DNA from: Promethearchaeota archaeon
GTDB taxonomy: Archaea; Asgardarchaeota; Lokiarchaeia; Sigyniarchaeales; SOKP01
Direction: 5' to 3'
Length of the DNA: 64,000 bases
Assembly: GCA_048940445.1 (NCBI GenBank)
Contig: JBHLON010000008.1
Coordinates: forward strand, 23,134 to 87,133
Positions 30,166 through 39,960 of the stretch are shown piece after piece. The notes beneath the pieces were generated by a model. It saw nothing but the letters and a program-made list of their open reading frames with translations, had not been told where the DNA came from and did no database searches. Each line of letters begins with the position of its first letter. Positions within the stretch are counted from its first letter, which is position 1. A program made the translations under genes and the position numbers.

Positions 30166-31305
30166 TTATTCCATCTCTTCTTTAAACACCTTTATTGGAG
30201 TTTTTTCTGTTATTTGAGCATATTGCTCTTCTCTAAATGGAGTAGTTTCTATAATAAATCCATTTAATTTATAATCATCTAGTATTTCAATAAATTTTTC
30301 TTCTAAAGTGAAAATAACTGGTACCTTTATCTTTTGCTTGTCATAAAAAATATAACTTTGTGGCATTTTTATTTTAAACAATAAATTTTCTATAAGTTTA
30401 TCTAAGTTTTGCTTACTTCCTTCAATCTGAGCATATAGTAATAATCCATCTTCTGTAATTTGTTCAAATGGCATTTTAATTGATTTTGCTCGGCGCAAAT
30501 ATCGTTCTTTTAGTTGCCAATAATCTTTAGCATTTATAGTACAAAAATGAATCTTTAGAGAGACTTTATGTAAAAGCTCTTGTAATAAAGCTAGGGCCAT
30601 TTCTTTACTGTGTTCTACAGCAGCAATTGAGCCCTTTTTTAATTTAAAGCCTCTTTCTATTAAGTATTGGCTGTTTGGAAAAGAAAATTCAAATTCATTC
30701 AAATTTATAAAGTGGGCTCCAACTTTATCAAGAAATAATATAAATTCTCTGAGTTGCTTTATATATTCATTATTCGGAATTAACGGAACCTCTGCTCCAA
30801 CCTTAATTCCTTTTTGTAATGCTAATGGGATTGAATTCCACTTTTCTTTTGGAGGATTAAATCTAATTTCATCTAGTCCTACTTCAGCTAATGTGTCGGA
30901 TATTTGTTTATTAAAACTTAATCCATTGGTATATAAATGAATGTGGAATTTCTTTCCCTTCTTTTCCTTAACATATTTTATTAAATCTATTGTTTTTTGA
31001 AAATTAGTTTCACTAAGGGGCTCTCCTCCGGTTACACTCATCCCTTTTGCCTTAGTTTTATTAATTTCATCAAGTATTTCTTCGTTGGTAAATACTCTAA
31101 TTTCATTTGCATAAGTAAAATCTTTTCCTTTTCTTTCAGTAGAAATTGGACAATACCAATAACAATGCATGGGATTTTGACATTTTCCATTAAGAAATAA
31201 AACAGTTTTTGCTCCAATTAAACACAACTGGCATCCTTTTGGAATTCCTTTTCCTTTAATAAAAAAAGTTTGTGCTCTTGATTTTTTTATTCTTCTTCTT
31301 TTCAT
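30166..31305 (-). CDS. Radical SAM protein (COG2108-like)
   Basis: PKGCQLC, CQNPMHCYWYCP, TGGEPL, HLYTNG, GLDEIRF, NLNEFE. Confidence 0.85.
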   Translation of the reverse strand: MKRRRIKKSRAQTFFIKGKGIPKGCQLCLIGAKTVLFLNGKCQNPMHCYWYCPISTERKGKDFTYANEIRVFTNEEILDEINKTKAKGMSVTGGEPLSETNFQKTIDLIKYVKEKKGKKFHIHLYTNGLSFNKQISDTLAEVGLDEIRFNPPKEKWNSIPLALQKGIKVGAEVPLIPNNEYIKQLREFILFLDKVGAHFINLNEFEFSFPNSQYLIERGFKLKKGSIAAVEHSKEMALALLQELLHKVSLKIHFCTINAKDYWQLKERYLRRAKSIKMPFEQITEDGLLLYAQIEGSKQNLDKLIENLLFKIKMPQSYIFYDKQKIKVPVIFTLEEKFIEILDDYKLNGFIIETTPFREEQYAQITEKTPIKVFKEEME

Positions 31306-32009
31306 TTTTTATAGAGTTTTTTTCTTACGATAGGTTTTTTATTTGATAATCTTTTTAATACCTCTTCTGTACTTTCTTGAAAAGCGATTGCTTTTTTTAA
31401 GAAGACTCCTGTTTTTCCATGTTTTTCTCTTTTTAGTAAAACACTAATTCTTTCATTTACGGTATTTAAACTTATTTTTAACTCTTTTGCTGCTTTAAGT
31501 TCATTTCCAATGATAGAGTATTCTTCATGTCCTTCATGATTTGGTTTAATCATTACTAGTCGTTTATCAACTCCTGGTATTCTAAGATGATTTTTCAAAT
31601 CATTAAGACTTAGCTTACCTCCAAAATCATAAAATTCTAGTGAAGTGGTATCCATTTTTGAAAGTGGTATAGTTATACTTTCTAATTCACTTAAATATAT
31701 GTATAATTTTAACGAATCATTAGGTGTTGCCATAATTATTTCTCGAAAGTAAGAAGTAATTCCGTTTTTATTCAAAAGATACTCAATTTGAAAAGGGGAA
31801 ATTAATTGCAGAAAAATAAGATCAATATCACTGTCTTCATGCACATCCCCACGTGCAATACTTCCATAAATATAGGGAGCAATTCCTGCTTTAGTAAATA
31901 TTTCTAATAATTCAATAGCTCTTTTTCTTTTTGTTTCAAGAAGTTCCATTTGTTTTTCGGAGTAGACGCATAATTGATAATGTTCTCTTAATATTTTTTC
32001 CTTATTCAT
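31302..32009 (-). CDS. Minimal nucleotidyltransferase-domain protein (COG2413-like)
   Basis: YGSIARGDVHEDSDIDL; RIPGVDKRL; GKTGVF. Confidence 0.88.
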   Translation of the reverse strand: MNKEKILREHYQLCVYSEKQMELLETKRKRAIELLEIFTKAGIAPYIYGSIARGDVHEDSDIDLIFLQLISPFQIEYLLNKNGITSYFREIIMATPNDSLKLYIYLSELESITIPLSKMDTTSLEFYDFGGKLSLNDLKNHLRIPGVDKRLVMIKPNHEGHEEYSIIGNELKAAKELKISLNTVNERISVLLKREKHGKTGVFLKKAIAFQESTEEVLKRLSNKKPIVRKKLYKK

Positions 32010-32028
32010 AGATTTAGCTTATTAGAAT

Positions 32029-32838
32029 TTATTTATTTTCTATAATCTTTATTATAGATCCGAAAAGTAATGTCTCATAGTACTTGAATGCATTGGAAGC
32101 TTTTCCAAAAATATTAATACCTTTTTTAATGCTTCCATAAAAATCAAGTTCTTCAATAAACCCTTTTAGAGACACTTTTTTAAGGATTCGATTTATTTTA
32201 CCACTAAAAATTATGGATAACTTTGAGTTTAAGTTATTCGATTTAAACACGGAGTTTAAAAGAGTTTTATTAAAATTATTTAATTTTGGATTGATTAAAA
32301 TAAGTTTATCATTATTGATATCATAAATAAATGAATTATACATAAGTTTAGTGCGTACAAAATTTATGACATCATAATTTTTATTTAAATGAATTCTGTT
32401 TTGTTTAAAAAATTCAAATAAAGATTGGATTAACTTCATGAGTTCTTTTTGACTTTCTATCTTGATACTTTCTTTGGTTGGTTTTTTAAGATTTTTAAAT
32501 TGTAATATAATTACATCAACACTATAACTGCTTATAGCTTCAGCTAAAGCGTTAATTAATTTTCTTTTTTTTGATGTCTTAAGAATCATTATTAATGGAT
32601 TATTTTTTTCAGAGCTATCCTTTATTAGTGATAATCTTTTTAGAGAATAATTTTTATTTATAACACTTAGAACAGATCCTTTGAAACTAATTTTTATTAA
32701 TCGTTCATTAGAGATTAAAGTTCTCCATCTATTTAAACGTTTGAAAACTTTAACAGCTATCAGTATTAGGAGTAAAAAAATAATTATAATAGAATCTACT
32801 AAGATCCAGTTTATGTGAAATATATCAAAAGCCATCAA
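32029..32838 (-). CDS. Membrane-anchored hypothetical protein
   Basis: N-terminal TM helix, 269 aa. Confidence 0.65.
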   Translation of the reverse strand: MMAFDIFHINWILVDSIIIIFLLLILIAVKVFKRLNRWRTLISNERLIKISFKGSVLSVINKNYSLKRLSLIKDSSEKNNPLIMILKTSKKRKLINALAEAISSYSVDVIILQFKNLKKPTKESIKIESQKELMKLIQSLFEFFKQNRIHLNKNYDVINFVRTKLMYNSFIYDINNDKLILINPKLNNFNKTLLNSVFKSNNLNSKLSIIFSGKINRILKKVSLKGFIEELDFYGSIKKGINIFGKASNAFKYYETLLFGSIIKIIENK

Positions 32839-32856
32839 TGGTCATTAAGGAATTAG

Positions 32857-33171
32857 TTATTTTATACTTTCATTTATCCAATTTAAATATTTTTTAGATC
32901 CTTTATCAATTTCGATTCCTATACATTCTGGTGTATCATAGCTATGGATCTCATTAATTTTTTCAATTAATTGGTTAGATTTTTTGTCATTTGTCTTAAT
33001 CAGAAGTAAATATTCATTATTTTCTTCTATATTTCCTTTCCATCTATAAATAGATAGAATATCTTGAATTATATTTACACACGCTACAATTCTACTCTCT
33101 ACCAATATTTTTGCTAATTTTTTACCTTCTTCAAGATTAGGAACAGTAACAAAAAAGAGATAATTAGGCAT
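32857..33171 (-). CDS. cutA: Divalent-cation tolerance protein CutA
   Basis: VACVN, SIYRWKG, IKT, HSYDTPEC. Confidence 0.95.
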   Translation of the reverse strand: MPNYLFFVTVPNLEEGKKLAKILVESRIVACVNIIQDILSIYRWKGNIEENNEYLLLIKTNDKKSNQLIEKINEIHSYDTPECIGIEIDKGSKKYLNWINESIK

Positions 33172-33292
33172 ACTAATTAATTGCTTTAATTCCGTTTTTC
33201 TATTACTATAATACTGATCTACAAATCATTTAAGATTTTCTGTATCTTAAAAAATTAGTGTAAAATAATAACTTAGATTTATAGTATGGTTA

Positions 33293-33583
33293 ATGGATAA
33301 TAATCATGATGATTGGTGGTACAATAAGATTATTAAAGGATATATTAAAGCACGAAATAATAGGTATGAAATGCTATGGTTATGTAAAATACTCAAAAAG
33401 TTAATGTTCCTCTTAAATGTAGCACAAGATACGACATTAGTAAGGAATAGTTTAATTATACTCTTGAGTCTTATAGAAGATCTTCCTTTAGATAGATTTG
33501 CAAAAATAGGTAAAGATTTAAAATACCTATCTCTTAAAGAAAAAAGAGAACTAAAACAACTTTTAAAAGATGCATTAGTATAA
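33293..33583 (+). CDS. Hypothetical protein
   Basis: 96-aa ORF. Confidence 0.55.
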   Translation: MDNNHDDWWYNKIIKGYIKARNNRYEMLWLCKILKKLMFLLNVAQDTTLVRNSLIILLSLIEDLPLDRFAKIGKDLKYLSLKEKRELKQLLKDALV

Positions 33584-33648
33584 AGGGTATATTATTTAGA
33601 TACTATTTTAGATTAAATAAACAAATTTTAATTAATATAAAGAAAAAT

Positions 33649-33837
33649 ATGGAGCTTAAAGATCAATATATCAATAATATAACAAAACACACTGGATTGT
33701 CTCAAAGAGAAATTGAATTTCTTATCGCTAAAAAGAAAGAAGAACTTGCTGAAATTTCTAAAATAAATGTATTATATGTGATTTGTAAAGAACTTGCAGT
33801 TGATGTTAAAAGTATATACGATTCGTATCAAATTTAA
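33649..33837 (+). CDS. Small helical protein (DUF2240/RPA N-terminal-like)
   Basis: YINNITKHTGLSQREIE...ICKELAVD pattern. Confidence 0.55.
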   Translation: MELKDQYINNITKHTGLSQREIEFLIAKKKEELAEISKINVLYVICKELAVDVKSIYDSYQI

Positions 33838-34022
33838 GTCTTAGAGATAATTTCTCTGTTGACGTAAAGTAAGCTAATTTTTTAATAGTTAAATTGGTAA
33901 GAATGACTATTTTTTTATGTAAGAGTCATAGATTCGTGTACTTTTTACAATTTTTCTTTATATACATTTGCACTATAAGGGTAATTAAAATAATTATATA
34001 AAAAAATAAATTTAAAAATTGA

Positions 34023-36314
34023 ATGATTATGAACAATAAGTCCTTTAAATCTTATTCTTCAAAAAAAGATGTAAAAGAAAACATCGTCAACCCTTCCTAT
34101 TATGATCCTAATACCTCAAAACGTAAAATTGAAGCATCAAAATTCACAAACATAAATGATAAACCGAAAAATGTAATCAAAGCTCCAAAAGTTGAACATT
34201 TCTCTACCTCCAAAAATAAAATTAACTCTCCACATCTCGATTCCAAGCCAGAATCATTAAATAGAATCGAATCACCTACAATGGCAATAATCAGTCCAAT
34301 CAAAAATGAAACCCAACTACCACAAACTCAAGAATCCATCGATGTAGTGAAAAAATCAAGCACGTATAGTTCCCAAAAAAGTTGGAAATTTATGAATTAT
34401 GACCAAAACGGCAAAACTTTTTCTCGAGAACAAAAATTAAAAGTTGCAGAAAAATATTTCAATTCCAAGATCTTACCAAAATTAAAATTAGATACTAAAA
34501 TTAAAGAAAAATTAAAATCAGGAAAGGGAATAGGTGTCCGAGACCTTAATACACATGGATTTAGTATGTTCTATCACAGTCTTACGAATTATGGAATTAA
34601 GGTTAAGTGGAATGAATTTAAAGCATTTGTAGGGTATAAAATTAGTATCGACCAAGATAAATACCGATTCCTAAATTTCAATAAAGATGGAAACCGCTTA
34701 ACCAAGCAAGAAAAAATGAGTATTGCCAAAAAGCATTTCAAAAATACAATCTTACATGATTTAGCAAAGATACCTGAAATCAAAGAAAAGTTAAGCATGG
34801 GAAAACCACCTACATATGCAGATTTACATCGTTATGGTCATTCAGGATTTATTGGTCCTCTTAGTCAAAAAAAACCTAAAATACGATACAATGAATTATT
34901 GAGAAGTTTTGATTTTAGACCAAATGTTATTAGAGGAAAGTATAAGTTCCTAAATTACGATAAAAATGGAAATCTATTATCCTCCAGGGAGAAATTAAAT
35001 ATTGCAGTAAAACAGCTCAAGGGACATATTATCCCTACTCTTTTAGAAAAAGGAAAATATAAAGAAAGCCAACCTATTACAAGAAAGCTTCTTGATCAAC
35101 ATGGTTTCCAACACTTTACACATGCATTTGCTAATGAAGGTCCAAAAATTAACTTTAACGCATTATTAACTAAAGCTGGATATGAAATTAATATTGATCA
35201 TAAAAAATGGGTTTTTTTAAAATATAATAAAAATGGTAAAATTCTATCCGTTAAAGAGAAACTAGAGAAAGCTGTGGATTATTTTCAGAATAAAATCTAT
35301 CCGGGCTTGGTCCAAAAAGGAGTAGTAATCAAAGGTGAAGCTCCTACAACATTAGATTTAATTAAAAATGAATTTACAGATTATTTAAATGCTATTATTC
35401 AAAAAAAACCTAAAATTTCTTTTAATCAAGTCATAAAGAAAGCAGGATTTGAACCAAAATCTTCTCAAGACCACGATAAGTGGAAGATTTTCTATGATGA
35501 AAATATGAAACCATTCTCTAGAGATGGAATTTTAAAGGTTGCAGCAAAATATTTTAAGGAGAGTGTAATTCCAGATTTAATTAAAAAAAAAGCCATTGTA
35601 AAGGGTCAAAATCCAAGTGTGCATATATTAAAGAAATATGGACATTATGATTTTTTCAAGGCTATTGGAAGAAGAGGTTTGAATTATAATGAAATTCTTG
35701 TTGAAGTAGGTTATGACCCAAATTTTGCTAATAAGATGTCTGAAATCGGAGTAAACTTTCATTGGAATGCTGAAAGAATCTTTTTAGAGCATACAAGAAA
35801 TCTGAAATGTAATTCATTTTATGAAGTGAAAGGTAATGCTGATAATTCGATAATTGTTAACGAGAATTTTAAACAACTATCACTTCTTTCAAATACTTTT
35901 ACTCAAAAGCATCCTGAGATTAAAATTATTAATTTTGATTATTATTTAAGCGCAGCGAAAGAAAAGGTCTTAGAACACGGCGTAAGAGGTTATCAAGGAG
36001 AAGATAAAGCATTAATTCTTGTTCCAATCAATGCAAAAAAACCCCAAAAAATAGAATATGATTTGCCTTTTAGTTCTAACATTTTAGTGCTTAATCCCAA
36101 AACTTTTATTAATTTTATGGGTTATAAGAGCAAGATTCGGGAAGAATTCATAGAGATTATTGAACTAGCAAGAAAAGCGCCTTTTACACAGATTTGTGAA
36201 CAATTACTTCGACAAAAAGCTTTAAAGAGTGTAAAATCAATTAAATTGGTTAAAAATGATCTAAATTATTCTACTAATGAATATAGAATTTACATAAAAG
36301 AGAAAAAGGATTAA
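34023..36314 (+). CDS. Large protein with five ~90-aa tandem repeats and a C-terminal domain
   Basis: Repeats begin K[WY]xFxN[YF]xxNG; see findings. Confidence 0.85.
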   Translation: MIMNNKSFKSYSSKKDVKENIVNPSYYDPNTSKRKIEASKFTNINDKPKNVIKAPKVEHFSTSKNKINSPHLDSKPESLNRIESPTMAIISPIKNETQLPQTQESIDVVKKSSTYSSQKSWKFMNYDQNGKTFSREQKLKVAEKYFNSKILPKLKLDTKIKEKLKSGKGIGVRDLNTHGFSMFYHSLTNYGIKVKWNEFKAFVGYKISIDQDKYRFLNFNKDGNRLTKQEKMSIAKKHFKNTILHDLAKIPEIKEKLSMGKPPTYADLHRYGHSGFIGPLSQKKPKIRYNELLRSFDFRPNVIRGKYKFLNYDKNGNLLSSREKLNIAVKQLKGHIIPTLLEKGKYKESQPITRKLLDQHGFQHFTHAFANEGPKINFNALLTKAGYEINIDHKKWVFLKYNKNGKILSVKEKLEKAVDYFQNKIYPGLVQKGVVIKGEAPTTLDLIKNEFTDYLNAIIQKKPKISFNQVIKKAGFEPKSSQDHDKWKIFYDENMKPFSRDGILKVAAKYFKESVIPDLIKKKAIVKGQNPSVHILKKYGHYDFFKAIGRRGLNYNEILVEVGYDPNFANKMSEIGVNFHWNAERIFLEHTRNLKCNSFYEVKGNADNSIIVNENFKQLSLLSNTFTQKHPEIKIINFDYYLSAAKEKVLEHGVRGYQGEDKALILVPINAKKPQKIEYDLPFSSNILVLNPKTFINFMGYKSKIREEFIEIIELARKAPFTQICEQLLRQKALKSVKSIKLVKNDLNYSTNEYRIYIKEKKD
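34378..35730 (+). repeat. Five degenerate intragenic protein repeats (~85-95 aa)
   Basis: SWKFMNYDQNG / KYRFLNFNKDG / KYKFLNYDKNG / KWVFLKYNKNG / KWKIFYDENM, each ending in [WYF]N...G[YF] or similar. Confidence 0.85.
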
Positions 36315-36483
36315 ATTATTTTTTTGAAAGTAATTAATGGCTCTTGAAAAAGAAATTATAAATATTGAGAATATTATTATTAATAAAATAAAAAATAGAG
36401 CTATTATTATCTCAAATAAAAATAAGGTAATGAAAATGTGTTGGCTTAATAGGACAATAAGCTTAAGAGGTGAACCATAAAAA

Positions 36484-37273
36484 GTGCTCCATAATTTTTA
36501 TTTAATAGATCAGTATACAGGTAAAAAATAAAAGGATTTTTTTCTTATTTTCCTGAATTTGTCTGATCCATAGGAAATATGGAACCATTGAGTTTAATCA
36601 AGATTTAGTTTCAGGTTTTCTAACTGCCCTTAAAGACTTTAGTGTTGAGTTCTCAAAAGGAAGTGGTGAACTCAAAATTATAGATTGTGGATAGAGTATA
36701 TTCATAAATAAAAATATGCAGATTTTTTATCTGTTGTTGGTCTTTAAGGAGGGTGTATTATGTACTGCTGCAGCTGACAAAAATGATGATGCTAAAATTA
36801 CCCATAAAGCGTTGAGCGATATTATTGACAAATTTATTGAAGTTCATGGTGAAACAATTAAAAATTGGGGAGGTGATGTTCGTCTTTTTAGAGATTTTGA
36901 ACCAATTATAGATACAATTCTACAGGGAGGAAGGATAGCAGAAGTCCAAATGAAGATACCAATACTAAAGATTTATGAAAAAGATTTCCTTAAGTCCCGT
37001 AAGCAGATTACAAAAAAAGGTTTGATAATTTCTGAAGAAGATTTGCGAAAGTCTCAAAACCAAAAGCCTGAATGGACTTCAAAGAGATTACCAACACAAA
37101 TAATAACTCAAGGTTTTTTGGATGAACAAATGTATAAGATAGCACACTTAGCAGATGGTTTTCATACAATTTCAGATATTGCAGAAGAAAGTGGTAAACC
37201 TGAAAGTGAAATCGAAGTAATGATTGATGATTTGGATGATTTAGGGCTTTTAAAATTTATTGAGCTTAAGTAA
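36484..37273 (+). CDS. Longin-like domain + C-terminal winged-helix protein, split by two BHB introns (exons 36484-36523, 36558-36683, 36714-37273; 241 aa)
   Basis: GAGGTGA SD at 36467-36473. Spliced product MLHNFYLIDQYTGICLIHRKYGTIEFNQDLVSGFLTALKDFSVEFSKGSGELKIIDMQIFY...; C-terminal DGFHTISDIAEESG...LDDLGLLKF wHTH. Confidence 0.82.
36524..36557 (+). other. Putative mRNA intron 1 (34 nt, BHB type)
   Basis: Helix CAGG(36518-21)/CCTG(36552-55), bulges UA^A and AA^U, intron stem AAAATAA/TTATTTT, exon stem GATCAG/CTGATC. The insert contains a stop and shifts the frame. Confidence 0.82.
36684..36713 (+). other. Putative mRNA intron 2 (30 nt, BHB type)
   Basis: Helix TTAT(36678-81)/ATAA(36708-11), bulges AG^A and AA^A, 9-bp intron stem TTGTGGATA/TATTCATAA; contains in-frame TAG. 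Confidence 0.75.
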
Positions 37274-37405
37274 AAATTTTAATATAAAGTTATAAACATT
37301 GATTTTCAATACTTTTTATATTTAATAAAAATAGGTCTCTTTCCTAATTTTCTTCCTTATAAAAATAAAAAAATTTATGAAAATTCTTCTATTTATTAAT
37401 GTATT

Positions 37406-38872
37406 ATGAATATGAATAAAATTGATGACAATATATACGAAATACCACCAACAACGCTAATGGCACGAGTGGAAGGGAGAATTGAGAAATTTCAAATGAA
37501 GGTACCCGTCCATATTTATGCTAATGAGTATATTCTTGAAAAAATCAAACAAGATAAAACTCTTGACCAAATTGCTAATGTAGCTTGTTTAAAGGGAGTT
37601 GAAAAGCATGTTATAGCCCTCTCAGATGCTCATCAAGGCTACGGTTTTTGTATAGGAGGTGTTGCTGGGACAGATGCAGAAACAGGGATGATATCACCTG
37701 GAGGAGTTGGTTATGATATTAACTGTGGGGTAAGATTATTAAGGACAAATTTGATGATTCAAGACATAGATAACACGTTACCAAGTTTATTGAATACCAT
37801 TTTTAAAAATATACCATCTGGTTTGGGTTCCAAAGGGAAACTAAATATTAATTTTTCAGATTTAGATGATGTATTGAATACTGGAATGAATTGGACATTA
37901 GAAAATAATTATGCTATTGATGAAGATCTTAAACATTGCGAAGAAAAAGGTTGTTTGAAAGATGCTGATGCTAATTTAGTTTCCAAAAAAGCTAAGGAAA
38001 GGGGATTCAAACAACTTGGATCACTAGGGAGTGGAAATCACTTTCTTGAGATACAGAAAGTTGATGAGATTTTTAATGAATTAACGGCAAAAAAGTTAGG
38101 GATATATGAGAAAGACCAAATCACGATTATGGTTCATACAGGATCTCGGGCGCTTGGACATCAAGTTTGTACCGATTCGTTACGAAGTGTAGAAAGAGCA
38201 ATGAAGAAATACAACATAAAAGTACCAGATCGTGAATTAGCATGCGTTCCTGCAGACACTCCTGAAGCTCAAAATTATCTAAGTCAAATGGCTTGTGCGG
38301 CAAATTTTGGATTTGCTAATCGTCAGTTGATTACTCATTGGTTACGAGAATCTTTTCAACAACATTTCAAAGGGGAGGATTTAGATTTGCAATTGGTATA
38401 TGGAGTATGTCACAATATTCTGAAGATTGAAGAGCATGAAATAAATGGGAAAAAAGTGAATTTAAATGTACATCGTAAGGGTGCTACTAGGGCTTTTCCC
38501 CCTGGGCATCCAGTACTTCCTCAAGAGTATAGAGATATAGGACAACCAGTATTAATTCCGGGTACCATGGGTAGCGCTTCATATCTTTGTGTAGGGAAGC
38601 CCAAATCAATGGAACTTTCTTTTGGGTCTACTGCTCATGGATCGGGAAGAATTATGTCTAGATCTAAAGCGATTTCAAAATATAGGGGGTCTATAGTAAG
38701 AGAAGATCTCAATAATCGAGGTATTTTAATTAAAGCAGCATCAATGAAAGTAATTGCCGAAGAAGCCCCAGGTGCTTATAAAGATATCGATCAAGTTGTT
38801 CAAGTAAGTCATGATTTAGACATTGTTGAAAAGATTGTAAGATTAGTCCCGATTGGTGTTGTAAAAGGTTAG
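37406..38872 (+). CDS. rtcB: RNA-splicing ligase RtcB
   Basis: DAHQGYG, VGYDINCGVR, LGSLGSGNHF, HTGSR, HNI, HRKGAT, PGTMG, HGSGR, EEAPGAYKD, VVKG. Confidence 0.97.
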   Translation: MNMNKIDDNIYEIPPTTLMARVEGRIEKFQMKVPVHIYANEYILEKIKQDKTLDQIANVACLKGVEKHVIALSDAHQGYGFCIGGVAGTDAETGMISPGGVGYDINCGVRLLRTNLMIQDIDNTLPSLLNTIFKNIPSGLGSKGKLNINFSDLDDVLNTGMNWTLENNYAIDEDLKHCEEKGCLKDADANLVSKKAKERGFKQLGSLGSGNHFLEIQKVDEIFNELTAKKLGIYEKDQITIMVHTGSRALGHQVCTDSLRSVERAMKKYNIKVPDRELACVPADTPEAQNYLSQMACAANFGFANRQLITHWLRESFQQHFKGEDLDLQLVYGVCHNILKIEEHEINGKKVNLNVHRKGATRAFPPGHPVLPQEYRDIGQPVLIPGTMGSASYLCVGKPKSMELSFGSTAHGSGRIMSRSKAISKYRGSIVREDLNNRGILIKAASMKVIAEEAPGAYKDIDQVVQVSHDLDIVEKIVRLVPIGVVKG

Positions 38873-38879
38873 TTTACAT

Positions 38880-39317
38880 TTAGATATCGAATATAATCTC
38901 GATTTCAAATTTATCTTTTTTTTCTTGTATATTCATATATGAATAAGTAACCGCTTTTACTTCAGTCCCAATTTCATGTTTATTTTTATCAAATTTCTCT
39001 CCTTTAACAATAGATTTTAGATAATAGTCATTATTTGTTATCGTTATCAAATCAACTATAATATCGCTAAAAATTAATCCTTCTACGTCAAAAAAATATA
39101 GAAATTCAGAGAGATAGTCAAATAATAAAGAATATATATCTTCTGATGTTACTTCAATATTCTTTTCAATAAATGGTGATACTTTTTTTAAATCTGGAGA
39201 CATTATAGCCATTAAACTTAAAGCTGTTTGTGTAAATGCTTCTTCTAAAGTTGTTCCCCAACTTCTCACTTTAATGTCTGCAGTATGTTCTTTAAATTCA
39301 AATCCTGCTTTCTTCAT
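38880..39317 (-). CDS. Archease (RtcB cofactor)
   Basis: EHTADI, EVKAVTY, C-terminal FDI. Confidence 0.95.
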   Translation of the reverse strand: MKKAGFEFKEHTADIKVRSWGTTLEEAFTQTALSLMAIMSPDLKKVSPFIEKNIEVTSEDIYSLLFDYLSEFLYFFDVEGLIFSDIIVDLITITNNDYYLKSIVKGEKFDKNKHEIGTEVKAVTYSYMNIQEKKDKFEIEIIFDI

Positions 39318-39369
39318 TGTTATAACTAATTCTAAAAGATAATTAGTATTTTTTAAATTTTTATATCAT

Positions 39370-39960
39370 TTGAATTTTTTTAGGACTTTAAATCTCTTTT
39401 TAAAAAGATTCTTTTGTATGTTTTATACGAACTTAGATGATTTGATCTTTTATCAGTGTTTAAAATTCATTAGAAAATATTCCAATTTTGAACTTAAATT
39501 ATTTCATTATTTTTATAACAAAACCAAGATTTATCCGAAGAATATCATAATCATCAATCATATTATTTTCTTTTTTGTTAATAATGAAGACTATTTTGAA
39601 GCAAAATCTTATTTACATGCTTTAAGACTTAATTTATGCAAAAAAGTAGCATTAATTCGTTCAGAAAATGTATTAATCAATTTAATTCATAGTTTTTTTC
39701 CAGATATTTATATTCATGATATAAGAGTTGAATATAATATTTATTCTCATAAGCGAGAAATAACCGTTAATCTTCTCACATTTGAAGAAAGAGGAATTGC
39801 GGTAGGAAAAAATGGAGATTATATAAAGGCTATTAATGAATTAATCGAAAAATATATAGAATTTCAAAAATTTGGGAAACCCCTAAAAATAACATGTAAA
39901 GTTACTAGGTTATTTACCACGGAACGCCCTTTAAACCAGTTAGATACGCTACTGTATTAG
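39370..39960 (+). CDS. NusA-like KH-domain protein (start probably ATG at 39418)
   Basis: ERGIAVGKNGDYIKAI KH GxxG motif. Confidence 0.65.
   Translation: MNFFRTLNLFLKRFFCMFYTNLDDLIFYQCLKFIRKYSNFELKLFHYFYNKTKIYPKNIIIINHIIFFFVNNEDYFEAKSYLHALRLNLCKKVALIRSENVLINLIHSFFPDIYIHDIRVEYNIYSHKREITVNLLTFEERGIAVGKNGDYIKAINELIEKYIEFQKFGKPLKITCKVTRLFTTERPLNQLDTLLY

Noticed and set aside
36518-36557. Spliceosomal-looking CAG|GTAA donor plus pyrimidine tract in insert 1
   Set aside because: No AG acceptor restores the frame; the BHB geometry explains the junction exactly.
36484-36715. Simple pseudogene or decay explanation for the broken longin gene
   Set aside because: Both disruptions are discrete hairpin inserts with BHB geometry and the exons show no other lesions. 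Not formally excluded without RNA data.
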